Below, piece by piece: positions 1 through 7,187 of a DNA stretch of 13,988 bases. The translations under genes were made by a program, and so were the position numbers. The DNA comes from an uncultured Gemmatimonadales bacterium (GTDB lineage Bacteria; Gemmatimonadota; Gemmatimonadetes; Gemmatimonadales; GWC2-71-9). The notes beneath the pieces were generated by a model that searched no databases, was not told the origin of the DNA, and saw only the letters and a program-made list of their open reading frames with translations. The first letter of the stretch is position 1. Each line of letters begins with the position of its first letter. Where the stretch lies: the NCBI GenBank assembly GCA_963844035.1, contig CAWJMT010000013.1, positions 1 to 13,988 on the forward strand, given 5' to 3'.

Positions 1-198
1 ACCGCGGTTCTATGCGATGGCGCAGAGGCGTGCGCCACGAGAAGCGGAATTGCGGCAGCACCGCCCTCGATGGCGGCCGCGACGTTGCGAGCCTTGCTCC
101 GCTCGAACAGTCTGCAAGCGGTCTTCTTCACAGCTGCAGCGCCATTTGCCGCCGGCGGCGCCATGCGCGGCACTATCCGCCTGTTTCAGTATCCATGA
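1..198 (+). CDS. CHRD-like protein, paralogue 1 (3' part only; begins before the window)
   Basis: Not in the ORF track. Frame +1 is open from base 1 to TGA 196-198: TAVLCDGAEACATRSG...LQAVFFTAAAPFAAGGAMRGTIRLFQYP*. It shares LCxGxxAC, QxVFFT and GGAMRGT with the proteins at 319-801 and 2829-3337. Confidence 0.85.
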   Translation, partial: TAVLCDGAEACATRSGIAAAPPSMAAATLRALLRSNSLQAVFFTAAAPFAAGGAMRGTIRLFQYP

Positions 199-318
199 GG
201 GCGTAGCTAGGGGTCGGACACCTCCGGCTCCGGATCAATAGAGCCCCCCTTCGGGTATCAGGTTGTCGCTCCCGAATCCGAACGATTGACCTTTTGAACC
301 CCCGACGGTGGAGGAATT

Positions 319-801
319 CTGTTCGCGCGAAGAGTGAAGGCCTTGGCAAAATGCGCAGCGCTCATGGTCGGAGCCGCGTGCGGTGACGACGCAACCCTCC
401 CGGCTGATACCGACTCCTACACCGCGGTGGCCTGGGGCGCGAACGTCATTCCGGTGCGGCCTCCGGTCGACACGTCTGCCAGAGCGTTGATCGACTTCAA
501 CACCGCCACGTTCGCCTACTCGTACTCGGTCGCGGTCCTCCCGCCCGGGATGATCGATTCGATCGCCCTGTACCAGATCGGCGCCGGTCTCGCGCTTCCC
601 AATGAGGCTACGGCGATCCTCTGTTCCGGCGTCGCGGCGTGCTCCGCCCAGAGCGGCACGGCCACGGTGGTAGCGCCGGCGACGGCCGCATCCATCAAGT
701 CCTCGATTCGCCGTTACACAACCCAGGTGGTGTTCTTTACGACCACGGCCCAGAAACCCACGGGCGGCGCGATGCGTGGGACGATGTACACGGGACAGTA
801 G
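319..801 (+). CDS. CHRD-like lipoprotein, paralogue 2 (start CTG 319 or GTG 334)
   Basis: Lipobox-like GAAC followed by GDD. Motifs GANVIP..PVDTSARA, AYSYSV, SIALY, QVVFFT and GGAMRGT parallel the CHRD layout (GxxEVPPVxT...AHIH...YVNVHT...GEIRGQ). GGAGG at 310-314 precedes in-frame CTG-TTC-GCG-CGA, matching MFAR of paralogue 3. Confidence 0.75.
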   Translation: MFARRVKALAKCAALMVGAACGDDATLPADTDSYTAVAWGANVIPVRPPVDTSARALIDFNTATFAYSYSVAVLPPGMIDSIALYQIGAGLALPNEATAILCSGVAACSAQSGTATVVAPATAASIKSSIRRYTTQVVFFTTTAQKPTGGAMRGTMYTGQ

Positions 802-852
802 AAGATTGAGCGATCCGCCGCGGCGGTCAGGGGATCGGTACAGCGCGGTTCG

Positions 853-1854
853 TCAGAAGGCGATGCGGTAGTTGCCCATCACCATCAGGGACTTGCGCCC
901 GATGAACCCGAGCTCGTAGCGCACACCCCAGTGGCGCCCCACGTCCACGGTGCCGCCGAAGAGCATGTTCCAGGGATCGGCGAGCGATTTGTTCAGGGAG
1001 TAGTTCACGACAGTCGTGTCGAGTCCCGAGCCGAGCCGCTGCACGAATTCGTCCACCAGCGCTTTCTGGGCTGGGCCCAGGTCCATGTACCAGGGGGCAC
1101 TCTGGTAGCCGTTGAAGAGGCTGTCTGATCCTGCGGGCAGCACATCCGACAGCTTGATGCTGCCGTTGGTCTCGCTCTCGAGCGCCTGATACATCGTGCC
1201 CAGCCACACCGTGGCGCGCACGTTCTTGTGGCCTCCGAAGCGCACCCTCCGGCCCAGCCTCATACTGAGGATGTTGGCGGGCACCGGGTTGTCGAGCAAA
1301 CTCGAGAAGCCCCATTGATGGTTGAAGTCCACTACGCCGAAGAAATTCCGCATCCCGTACACCCCGGTGATCCCGAACCCACCGACGGCGCCGTCGAAGT
1401 CCGCTCTGGTCTCGAACGCGACCGGCTCCGCGATCCTCACGGTAGTGGTCCCACTGCCGGTGCCCACCATGCCGTACACATTGAGGAACGGAAACAGCCA
1501 CAAATCCATCCGTGCATTGACGAGATCCAGCCGGGCGCTGGCGCCCTCGAACGTGATGAAGCTGACGGGCTGCGGCTCCGCGTTGAACCCGAGGCCCAGG
1601 TTCGAGATCTTGATGTCCTGCCGCATGGAGTAGAAGCCGACGTTGAAGCCGAGCGGCAGCGGCGTCTGGAACCCGCGCTCGATGGCCTTGCGACCCCAGA
1701 TCGGGAAGATCTGGTCGTAGTCCTTGAGCAGGCTGTCGCGCTCCTGCTGGCTCAAGCTCATGTCCGGTTCTTGGGCGGGGAGCGACGCGGGCAGGACGAG
1801 CGCCGCGCCCGCGAGGAGCAGCCCGAGAAAGCGACGGATCGGATGTGGTGTCAT
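853..1854 (-). CDS. uncharacterised outer-membrane beta-barrel protein (333 aa)
   Basis: ATG 1854 overlaps the upstream stop (ATGA). Signal peptide MTPHPIRRFLGLLLAGAALVLPASLPA-QE, amphipathic beta-strand patterns (RMDLWLFPFLNVYGMVG, WGVRYELGF) and a C-terminal aromatic motif GNYRIAF. Confidence 0.75.
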   Translation of the reverse strand: MTPHPIRRFLGLLLAGAALVLPASLPAQEPDMSLSQQERDSLLKDYDQIFPIWGRKAIERGFQTPLPLGFNVGFYSMRQDIKISNLGLGFNAEPQPVSFITFEGASARLDLVNARMDLWLFPFLNVYGMVGTGSGTTTVRIAEPVAFETRADFDGAVGGFGITGVYGMRNFFGVVDFNHQWGFSSLLDNPVPANILSMRLGRRVRFGGHKNVRATVWLGTMYQALESETNGSIKLSDVLPAGSDSLFNGYQSAPWYMDLGPAQKALVDEFVQRLGSGLDTTVVNYSLNKSLADPWNMLFGGTVDVGRHWGVRYELGFIGRKSLMVMGNYRIAF

Positions 1855-2624
1855 GGTTGAGCGGCCGCGGCCTTCGGTCCGCCGATGGGGATGCCCAGGC
1901 CGAGCGCCAGAATGTCGTTCGTGCCCGGCGCGTCGCTGAGCGCGTCGGTGAAGGCGTGGTACCAGTTGGCGCGCAGCCGCAGGCTCTGGAGCCCCGGTTT
2001 TCCCGAGAGCGCGAACTCCGCCAGCACGCTGACTCCCGCGTCCCAGCGATTGACCCGCGACCACAACGCCACGTCGTAGCTCAGATCGTTCTCCCGCGCC
2101 ACACTGCCGGTGTAATGGTCGAACGCCTTCACAACATAGCCGAGTTGCGGCCCAGCCCCGAGCCGCACGCGACCGAAACTTACCTTGGCCAGGATAGGGA
2201 CGGTAACGTACCCAAGCGTGCGCGCCACCGACACATCGCTCGCGACTGCAAAGGCACTGTCGACGTGAGCATCACCGGTCGGAGTGAACGGCAGCCCCTT
2301 GGCGCCCGCCGGGAACTTGAAGGTGAACTCGGGTTGCAGCGAGAAACGGGTCCCGAGCTTCAGCTCCAGGAACCCTCCCACCGCGAATGACCGCAGGCGC
2401 TCCGCATTTTCCAGCCCTGAGAGGGTGGACCAGGCGAGATCGACTTTGATCCCGCCCTGCATTTTCTCGGAGGCGAACTTGTCGCCGAACAGCAGCACCA
2501 GGATCGCCTGGCCCTGGGCGGCCGAGCACGCCGCCACGGCGAGCGTCGCCGTCACCAGCGCGGTGCGACGCCATGCTGGCCACACAGCGGCACGCCGCAA
2601 TCCTTGCATCCCGAGGTTGGTCAT
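1851..2624 (-). CDS. porin-family / outer-membrane beta-barrel protein (PorT/OMP_b-brl_2-like)
   Basis: Signal peptide ending SAAQG-Q. Motifs GGFLELKLGTRFSLQPEF, YVTVPILAK and GAGPQLGY are typical of this barrel family. Alternative start at ATG 2609. Confidence 0.75.
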   Translation of the reverse strand: MTNLGMQGLRRAAVWPAWRRTALVTATLAVAACSAAQGQAILVLLFGDKFASEKMQGGIKVDLAWSTLSGLENAERLRSFAVGGFLELKLGTRFSLQPEFTFKFPAGAKGLPFTPTGDAHVDSAFAVASDVSVARTLGYVTVPILAKVSFGRVRLGAGPQLGYVVKAFDHYTGSVARENDLSYDVALWSRVNRWDAGVSVLAEFALSGKPGLQSLRLRANWYHAFTDALSDAPGTNDILALGLGIPIGGPKAAAAQP

Positions 2625-2637
2625 GAGATTCGGTTCG

Positions 2638-2666
2638 ACACTAATCACCGGGGGTACGAGGGGCAA
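2638..2666 (-). promoter_or_regulatory. putative sigma70 promoter of the beta-barrel gene pair
   Basis: Minus-strand TTGCCC (2666-2661), 17 nt spacer, TAGTGT (2643-2638), 13 nt upstream of ATG 2624. Confidence 0.4.
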
Positions 2667-2828
2667 CCGTACGATGGTGCTACCTAGGTAACCCCGTTGC
2701 CGTCGCGCGTTCCCCGGTGTCAGGTTTCCCTGTGCGGGACGATGGTCTCGTTACCCGGACTACACGAGTCGTGGTCCGCGATCCGTGACAAGAAACCAAC
2801 GCAAGGAGCGTCACTAAAGGAGACTGCC

Positions 2829-3337
2829 ATGTTCGCACGAAGCTCGAAAAAACTGATCGACGGCGTGGCGCTCGCCATCGCCGTGTTGCCCGTTCTCATT
2901 GTGGTGACCGCATGCCACGGCCCCGACTACTGCGATTGCGGGTCGTACGACACGTTCGCAGTAGAGGCAAGGGGCGCAAGGGTCGTTCCCCCCCGACCGA
3001 CACGACCCCCAGAGCCACGGGGATGTTCAACACCAGTTCGCTCGCGTACACGTACGTCGTCTGGACCCCGCCGGCGGGCACCATCGATTCGATTGCTCTC
3101 TACCAGGTTGCTACTGGCGATCCGCTTCCGCCGTCGGCGACGGCGATTCTATGCGCGGGCGTGGCGGCTTGCGCGAGCACCAGTGGCGTGGCGACTCTCG
3201 TGCCTCCGGCGACGTCGGCCACGATAAACACCTCGATGCGCGGGTACGGGACACAGTTGGTGTTCTTTACGACGACGGCTCAAAAGGCCGCCGGCGGCGC
3301 CATGCGGGGGACGCCGTATCCGACCCCGTATGACTAG
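2829..3337 (+). pseudogene. CHRD-like lipoprotein, paralogue 3, split by a frameshift at a C7 tract (pseudogene, phase-variable gene or sequencing error)
   Basis: AAGGAG then ATG 2829 gives MFARSSKKLIDGVALAIAVLPVLIVVTAC (lipobox)...GARVVPP. Homology to paralogue 2 continues in another frame after CCCCCCC 2988-2994 (PTDTTPRATGMFNT...GGAMRGTPYPTPYD*). One extra C gives a 169-aa protein. Hand count: 63/98 identities to paralogue 2 in the core. Confidence 0.8.
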
Positions 3338-3340
3338 GAC

Positions 3341-6298
3341 CTAGGTGCCGGGCGGCGTGGACAGTCGCGCCGCCGCTACCCCCCAGGCCCCGAGGTTGAG
3401 GGTCGCATGCCGGTCGGGCGCAATGCTGAGTGTGCCACTGTTGCGCTCGACCAGATCCACCCGGCGCGCCTGGGCAAAGGTGTACGCGGCGGGCCACACG
3501 CCCACCTGGCGCGACGTGCCCGCCACGTCGAGCAATTTGACGATCGCGCCCTCCCCGTCATCAGCGCGTTTGGCGCCGAGCACCATCGCTCCCGGATCGT
3601 TCACCAGCAAAGCGCTGTCCTTCCCGATCAGCGGACCGGTGCCCGCGCTCGTGAAGGGGGCGCTCACGTACAGCGGGTCGGCCGCTGCCCAGCCGCGGCG
3701 CACCGGCTCCGCTACGTCGCCACCGGTGCCGAGCAGCGAGAGACGAAACCGGCACCGCAGCTCGCCCCCCTGGCGCGCCGCGAAGTTCGCCGCCCAGTAG
3801 TTGTTCATCACGTAGGCGAACAGCGTCCCGTCCGGATCGATCCGCCGGCGCGCCGCTCCGCGGCAAATGTCGTTGAGCGTAAAGAGCGGGGTGTCGGGTC
3901 CGCTCCAGAGCACACCTTCCGTGCCCGCGTGCAGCCACACCCAGTGGGTGTGACAGTACCAATCCCGGCCGCTCCCAGGCTGTTGATCCTGCTCCACCGT
4001 CATCCGGCCGAGCGGTACCTCGACCTCCACGGTGGGCTTGGTGAGGGCGAACGGAAACGCGACGTAGAGCGCTTCCTTCTCGAGCGTCGCCGTCTTGGTG
4101 AATCGGTTCACGATGTCGATCCAGGGGAGCTCGTCGTACAGCGTCACTATCGAGGTCACGGACGGAAAGCCCGTCAATGCGCGCTCGGTCACGAGGCGCA
4201 CGCCGATCCCCGGGAGTCGCTCGCGGCGCGCTTTGACGAGAGTGCTCTGCGTGATCCGCAGCTCGGGTGGCGTGTTCAACCCCTCGCCCCCCGCCTCGGT
4301 CCAGAGCGCGCTGCGGCCGCCACCTGCGGCGTACACGATCTGGTTCAGACCCGACCAGGTGCTCGGGTTCACCCGTTCTTTTCCGTCCGGGCCCTTGAGC
4401 GAGCGGATCGCCCCGCTTCCGGGGTCGAGCGTGACGCGAAACCCACCCGCCTCGGCGTCCAGCGTCTCCCCGTCATCCACCGGCAGACTGGCCGGCCGGT
4501 CGCTCTCGGTGAGCCGGAGATATCCCAGGGCGGGGACATCCCGCATCAATACGAGGGCCGAGCCGTCGGGAAGATCAACGGAAGGGAACTCGCGGTCGCC
4601 GTAGGTAAGACGTCTGCCCGCGCCGAGACGCACCCGGGCGATGTCGCTGCGCGTCCAGCTCGATGCGTTGAAGACGACGCGCCCCATGCCCTTCTCCGTG
4701 CCTTTTCCGATGCGCAACAGTCCGTCGGCGAGCTGCTGCTCGACCGCCGCGCTGGCCGAGTCGAGATAGCGTTGCTTGTAGTGCCACTGCGCCACGGTCT
4801 GCCGGCCCTCGGGGTCGGAGACGCTGGTCCGTGCGCCCCAGGTATGCTCGCCGAACAGCAGCAGGTCTTGCCAGGCGTCACCCCGCTCGGCGGCCCGGTC
4901 TCGAACCCGCACTCCGCCGACGCCGTCGCGCGGCTCGGTGCGGTCGTCCCACAGCGCGAGCAGGTCGGCAGCCCGGGCCGCCAGCTGGAGGCTCCGGAAC
5001 AGCGCGAGCTCGGCAGCGGTGGACGCGGCGCCGTCTTCCTTATAACAGCCGGTGTCACCGCGCCGCACCGGGAGGCGGGTGCCGTAGCGCCGCTCGACCT
5101 CGCGGAAAAAGTCCTCGGCCCGCGCCTGCACGATGTTCGGGTAGGCGAAGCGCCGGTTGAACTCCTCGACGTTGTCCACCAGCCGCTCGTCCACCACTGC
5201 GTTCGTCCCCTGTGCCCCGTGGAGCAACGCGACGTCGTACGGGTAGCCCGGCGACAGCAGCACCGGATCAGACAGCAGCCAGTCGGACAAGCGCCGCGCC
5301 ATGACGTCGGCTCCCTGGTCGAATCCGAACCGCAGCCCGCTGCCGGTGCGCACGCCGCGCCAATGGAGCACGCGGCTGCCGTCCGGACCCTCCCACCAGT
5401 AGAGCTGGGGGTAAGTGGTCCACTGCCCGCTGAGGTGATAGCGCGCTGCGTCGTCGGGGTCGAGCAACGGCACGGCGCGCTCGGGATCCACGCTCGTGGC
5501 GAGGTAGCGGACGCCGCTCGCCGCGAGCAGGCTCGGGAACGTGGCCGGCTGCCCCGGGACGCCGCTGACCTGCGCGCCGGCAAAGGCGAGCCCGCGCTCG
5601 CGTGCCAGGCGCCCCGCGGGCCAGACCAGCCGCGCGTACGTCTCGTGGTCGAGCAACCCGGTGAGCAGGTTCGCGAACAGCGCCTGGAATCCGACCTTGC
5701 CATTGCGAATCGCCTGCAGCAGCCCGTCGACCGCCGGGTCGGACCGATTCTCCACGTAGGAGATCACCTGGTACGCGCACTCGGCCGTCCAGCGAGATGC
5801 GGGGTGCGCGGTCAGGCGGGCAACTGCGGCATCGAGGTTCGCGCGGTGGATCTCGATGCAGCGCTCCTGAAGGTCGGTCGAGCCGATGTCGGTGCGATTG
5901 GAGGCCAGCCAGTACAGCGTCCAGCGGCGTGGCGGGACCACGCGCACACGCGCGCGGGCCACGCGCTTCTTGGCGACTTCGACCTCGATCTGAAACTCGG
6001 ATGGACCGGGGAGGGGCACCCACACTTCGCCCGCGAGCACCGTTCCGGCACCGGTTGGCAGGAGGCCCGCCGTTCCCACCGGGGTGCCGCGGCGGTCGAT
6101 CACCCGCGCGCGGGCGGCGGGCGCGTCCAGCCCGGCGACCGTCACGCGCAGCAGGTTGTTGCGGCCGTCCGGTTGCTGGTACAATGGCGTCGCGCGCGCG
6201 TCGACCGTGACGACACCGCCGCGCGGCGAGCGCACCTCCGGTGCTCCGGCTGCCGCCGTCAATCCCATCCAACCCAGAAAACTGCGACGATCCGTCAT
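3341..6298 (-). CDS. Tat-exported glycoside hydrolase family 38 (alpha-mannosidase)-like protein, 985 aa, apparently degenerate active site
   Basis: Twin-arginine signal MTDRRSFLG with upstream GGAGG. GH38-like motifs TDIGSTDLQ, LYWWEGPDGSRVLHW, LLFGEHTWG, VVFNASSWTRSD, DVPALGY, KEALYVAFPF, VMNNYW and KRADDGEGAIVKL. Confidence 0.85.
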   Translation of the reverse strand: MTDRRSFLGWMGLTAAAGAPEVRSPRGGVVTVDARATPLYQQPDGRNNLLRVTVAGLDAPAARARVIDRRGTPVGTAGLLPTGAGTVLAGEVWVPLPGPSEFQIEVEVAKKRVARARVRVVPPRRWTLYWLASNRTDIGSTDLQERCIEIHRANLDAAVARLTAHPASRWTAECAYQVISYVENRSDPAVDGLLQAIRNGKVGFQALFANLLTGLLDHETYARLVWPAGRLARERGLAFAGAQVSGVPGQPATFPSLLAASGVRYLATSVDPERAVPLLDPDDAARYHLSGQWTTYPQLYWWEGPDGSRVLHWRGVRTGSGLRFGFDQGADVMARRLSDWLLSDPVLLSPGYPYDVALLHGAQGTNAVVDERLVDNVEEFNRRFAYPNIVQARAEDFFREVERRYGTRLPVRRGDTGCYKEDGAASTAAELALFRSLQLAARAADLLALWDDRTEPRDGVGGVRVRDRAAERGDAWQDLLLFGEHTWGARTSVSDPEGRQTVAQWHYKQRYLDSASAAVEQQLADGLLRIGKGTEKGMGRVVFNASSWTRSDIARVRLGAGRRLTYGDREFPSVDLPDGSALVLMRDVPALGYLRLTESDRPASLPVDDGETLDAEAGGFRVTLDPGSGAIRSLKGPDGKERVNPSTWSGLNQIVYAAGGGRSALWTEAGGEGLNTPPELRITQSTLVKARRERLPGIGVRLVTERALTGFPSVTSIVTLYDELPWIDIVNRFTKTATLEKEALYVAFPFALTKPTVEVEVPLGRMTVEQDQQPGSGRDWYCHTHWVWLHAGTEGVLWSGPDTPLFTLNDICRGAARRRIDPDGTLFAYVMNNYWAANFAARQGGELRCRFRLSLLGTGGDVAEPVRRGWAAADPLYVSAPFTSAGTGPLIGKDSALLVNDPGAMVLGAKRADDGEGAIVKLLDVAGTSRQVGVWPAAYTFAQARRVDLVERNSGTLSIAPDRHATLNLGAWGVAAARLSTPPGT

Positions 6299-6427
6299 CG
6301 CAACGTTGTGCCTCCATCGTTCGACGTAGTTCCAAATTGGCATTGAGCAGGGGTGACCCGACACATAGGTTGCCCTACGACCCCAGCTCTAACGATCCAA
6401 TCTCTTCAATATGATGAAGGAGTCCGT

Positions 6428-6901
6428 ATGAAGTGCATGGCATTTGTCCTTGCCGTGTTCGCCATGGCCGGGTGTAAGAAGGGCGAGCAGCCCTCCTCCG
6501 CCGCTTCCGTGCCCGACACGTCCAGCCAGATGATGATGGCCGATACCTCCCACCCGATGATGTCCGACGTGCACATGAGTGCCGATTCGATCAGCGCGGA
6601 GCGGGGAGCGACCCTGTATAAGGACAAGGGGTGCGCCGCATGCCATAACATCGCCAAGGCTGGAGAAGAACCGCACCGGCGTCCCGGCGGAAAGCAGTCG
6701 GGTCCGGACCTGGGCGGCGTCACCGAGCGCCGGGACCGCGGCTGGTTGCGGCGGTGGTTGAAGGACCCGGACGCAATGCGCGTCTCAGACTCGACCGCGA
6801 TCGCGATGACGGCCGAGGCGAAGGGCCTCAAGATGCCGAACATGAAGCTGAGCGATTCGGAGATTGAGGCGTTGATCAACTATCTCGGGGTGAAACAGTA
6901 G
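6428..6901 (+). CDS. lipoprotein class I monoheme cytochrome c (157 aa)
   Basis: GAAGGAG RBS, lipobox MAGC, heme motif CAACH, GPDLGGV..RRDRGWLRRWLKDP and a candidate axial Met in LKMPNMKL. Confidence 0.9.
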   Translation: MKCMAFVLAVFAMAGCKKGEQPSSAASVPDTSSQMMMADTSHPMMSDVHMSADSISAERGATLYKDKGCAACHNIAKAGEEPHRRPGGKQSGPDLGGVTERRDRGWLRRWLKDPDAMRVSDSTAIAMTAEAKGLKMPNMKLSDSEIEALINYLGVKQ

Positions 6902-6908
6902 GCGGCGC

Positions 6909-6936
6909 TTGACGTGCGGGGCGCGCCGGATAGCTT
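6909..6936 (+). promoter_or_regulatory. putative sigma70 promoter for the 41-aa lipopeptide gene
   Basis: TTGACG (6909-6914), 16 nt spacer, TAGCTT (6931-6936). Confidence 0.55.
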
Positions 6937-6992
6937 ACGGCGCGCCCGACACCGCAGTCACCTTCACCATTTCATGAGATGAAGGAGCACGC

Positions 6993-7118
6993 ATGAAGCG
7001 CATCGCATTCGTCCTGGCCCTCGTGGCCATGGCCGCGTGTAAGAAGGCCGAGCAGCCCGCCACCGCCGGCGCCCCTGATACCTCCAGCGCGATGATGGCG
7101 GACACCTCGAAGAAGTAA
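6993..7118 (+). CDS. small 41-aa lipoprotein, paralogue of the cytochrome c N-terminus
   Basis: Not in the ORF track. GAAGGAG RBS, ATG 6993, MKRIAFVLALVAMAACKKAEQPATAGAPDTSSAMMADTSKK*, TAA 7116-7118, lipobox MAAC. Confidence 0.85.
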   Translation: MKRIAFVLALVAMAACKKAEQPATAGAPDTSSAMMADTSKK

Positions 7119-7152
7119 CTGTAGGCGCGCAGCAGCCATTGCCGCGCACGAC

Positions 7153-7181
7153 GCCCGGGCCTCGCGCCCGGGCTTTGCGTT
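7153..7181 (+). terminator. putative intrinsic terminator
   Basis: GCCCGGGC-CTCGC-GCCCGGGC 8-bp stem followed by TTTGCGTT, between convergent genes. Confidence 0.6.
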
Positions 7182-7187
7182 GGTGCC

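Noticed and set aside
12..241. Track ORFs 12-206 and 17-241
   Set aside because: The frame +1 reading (1-198) is homologous to the CHRD-like paralogues; these two are off-frame.
199..318. Possible structured RNA between paralogues 1 and 2 (TTCGGG/CCCGAA stem)
   Set aside because: Only a 6-bp stem and no recognisable riboswitch or ncRNA motif.
811..837. Inverted repeats between the convergent genes ending at 801 and 853 as a terminator
   Set aside because: Short GC stems (CGATCC/GGATCG, CCGCCGCGGCGG) with no U-tract on either strand.
2697..3227. 176-aa ORF 2697-3227 and 141-aa ORF 2912-3337 as two separate genes
   Set aside because: They are the two halves of one frameshifted gene starting at ATG 2829.
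3407..6346. 979-aa plus-strand ORF antisense to the GH38-like gene
   Set aside because: Shadow ORF expected from high-GC codon bias; Arg/Ala/Val-rich with no recognisable motifs.
6410..6415. TATGAT as the -10 box of the cytochrome c gene
   Set aside because: It abuts the Shine-Dalgarno, which would then not be transcribed, and no matching -35 was found.
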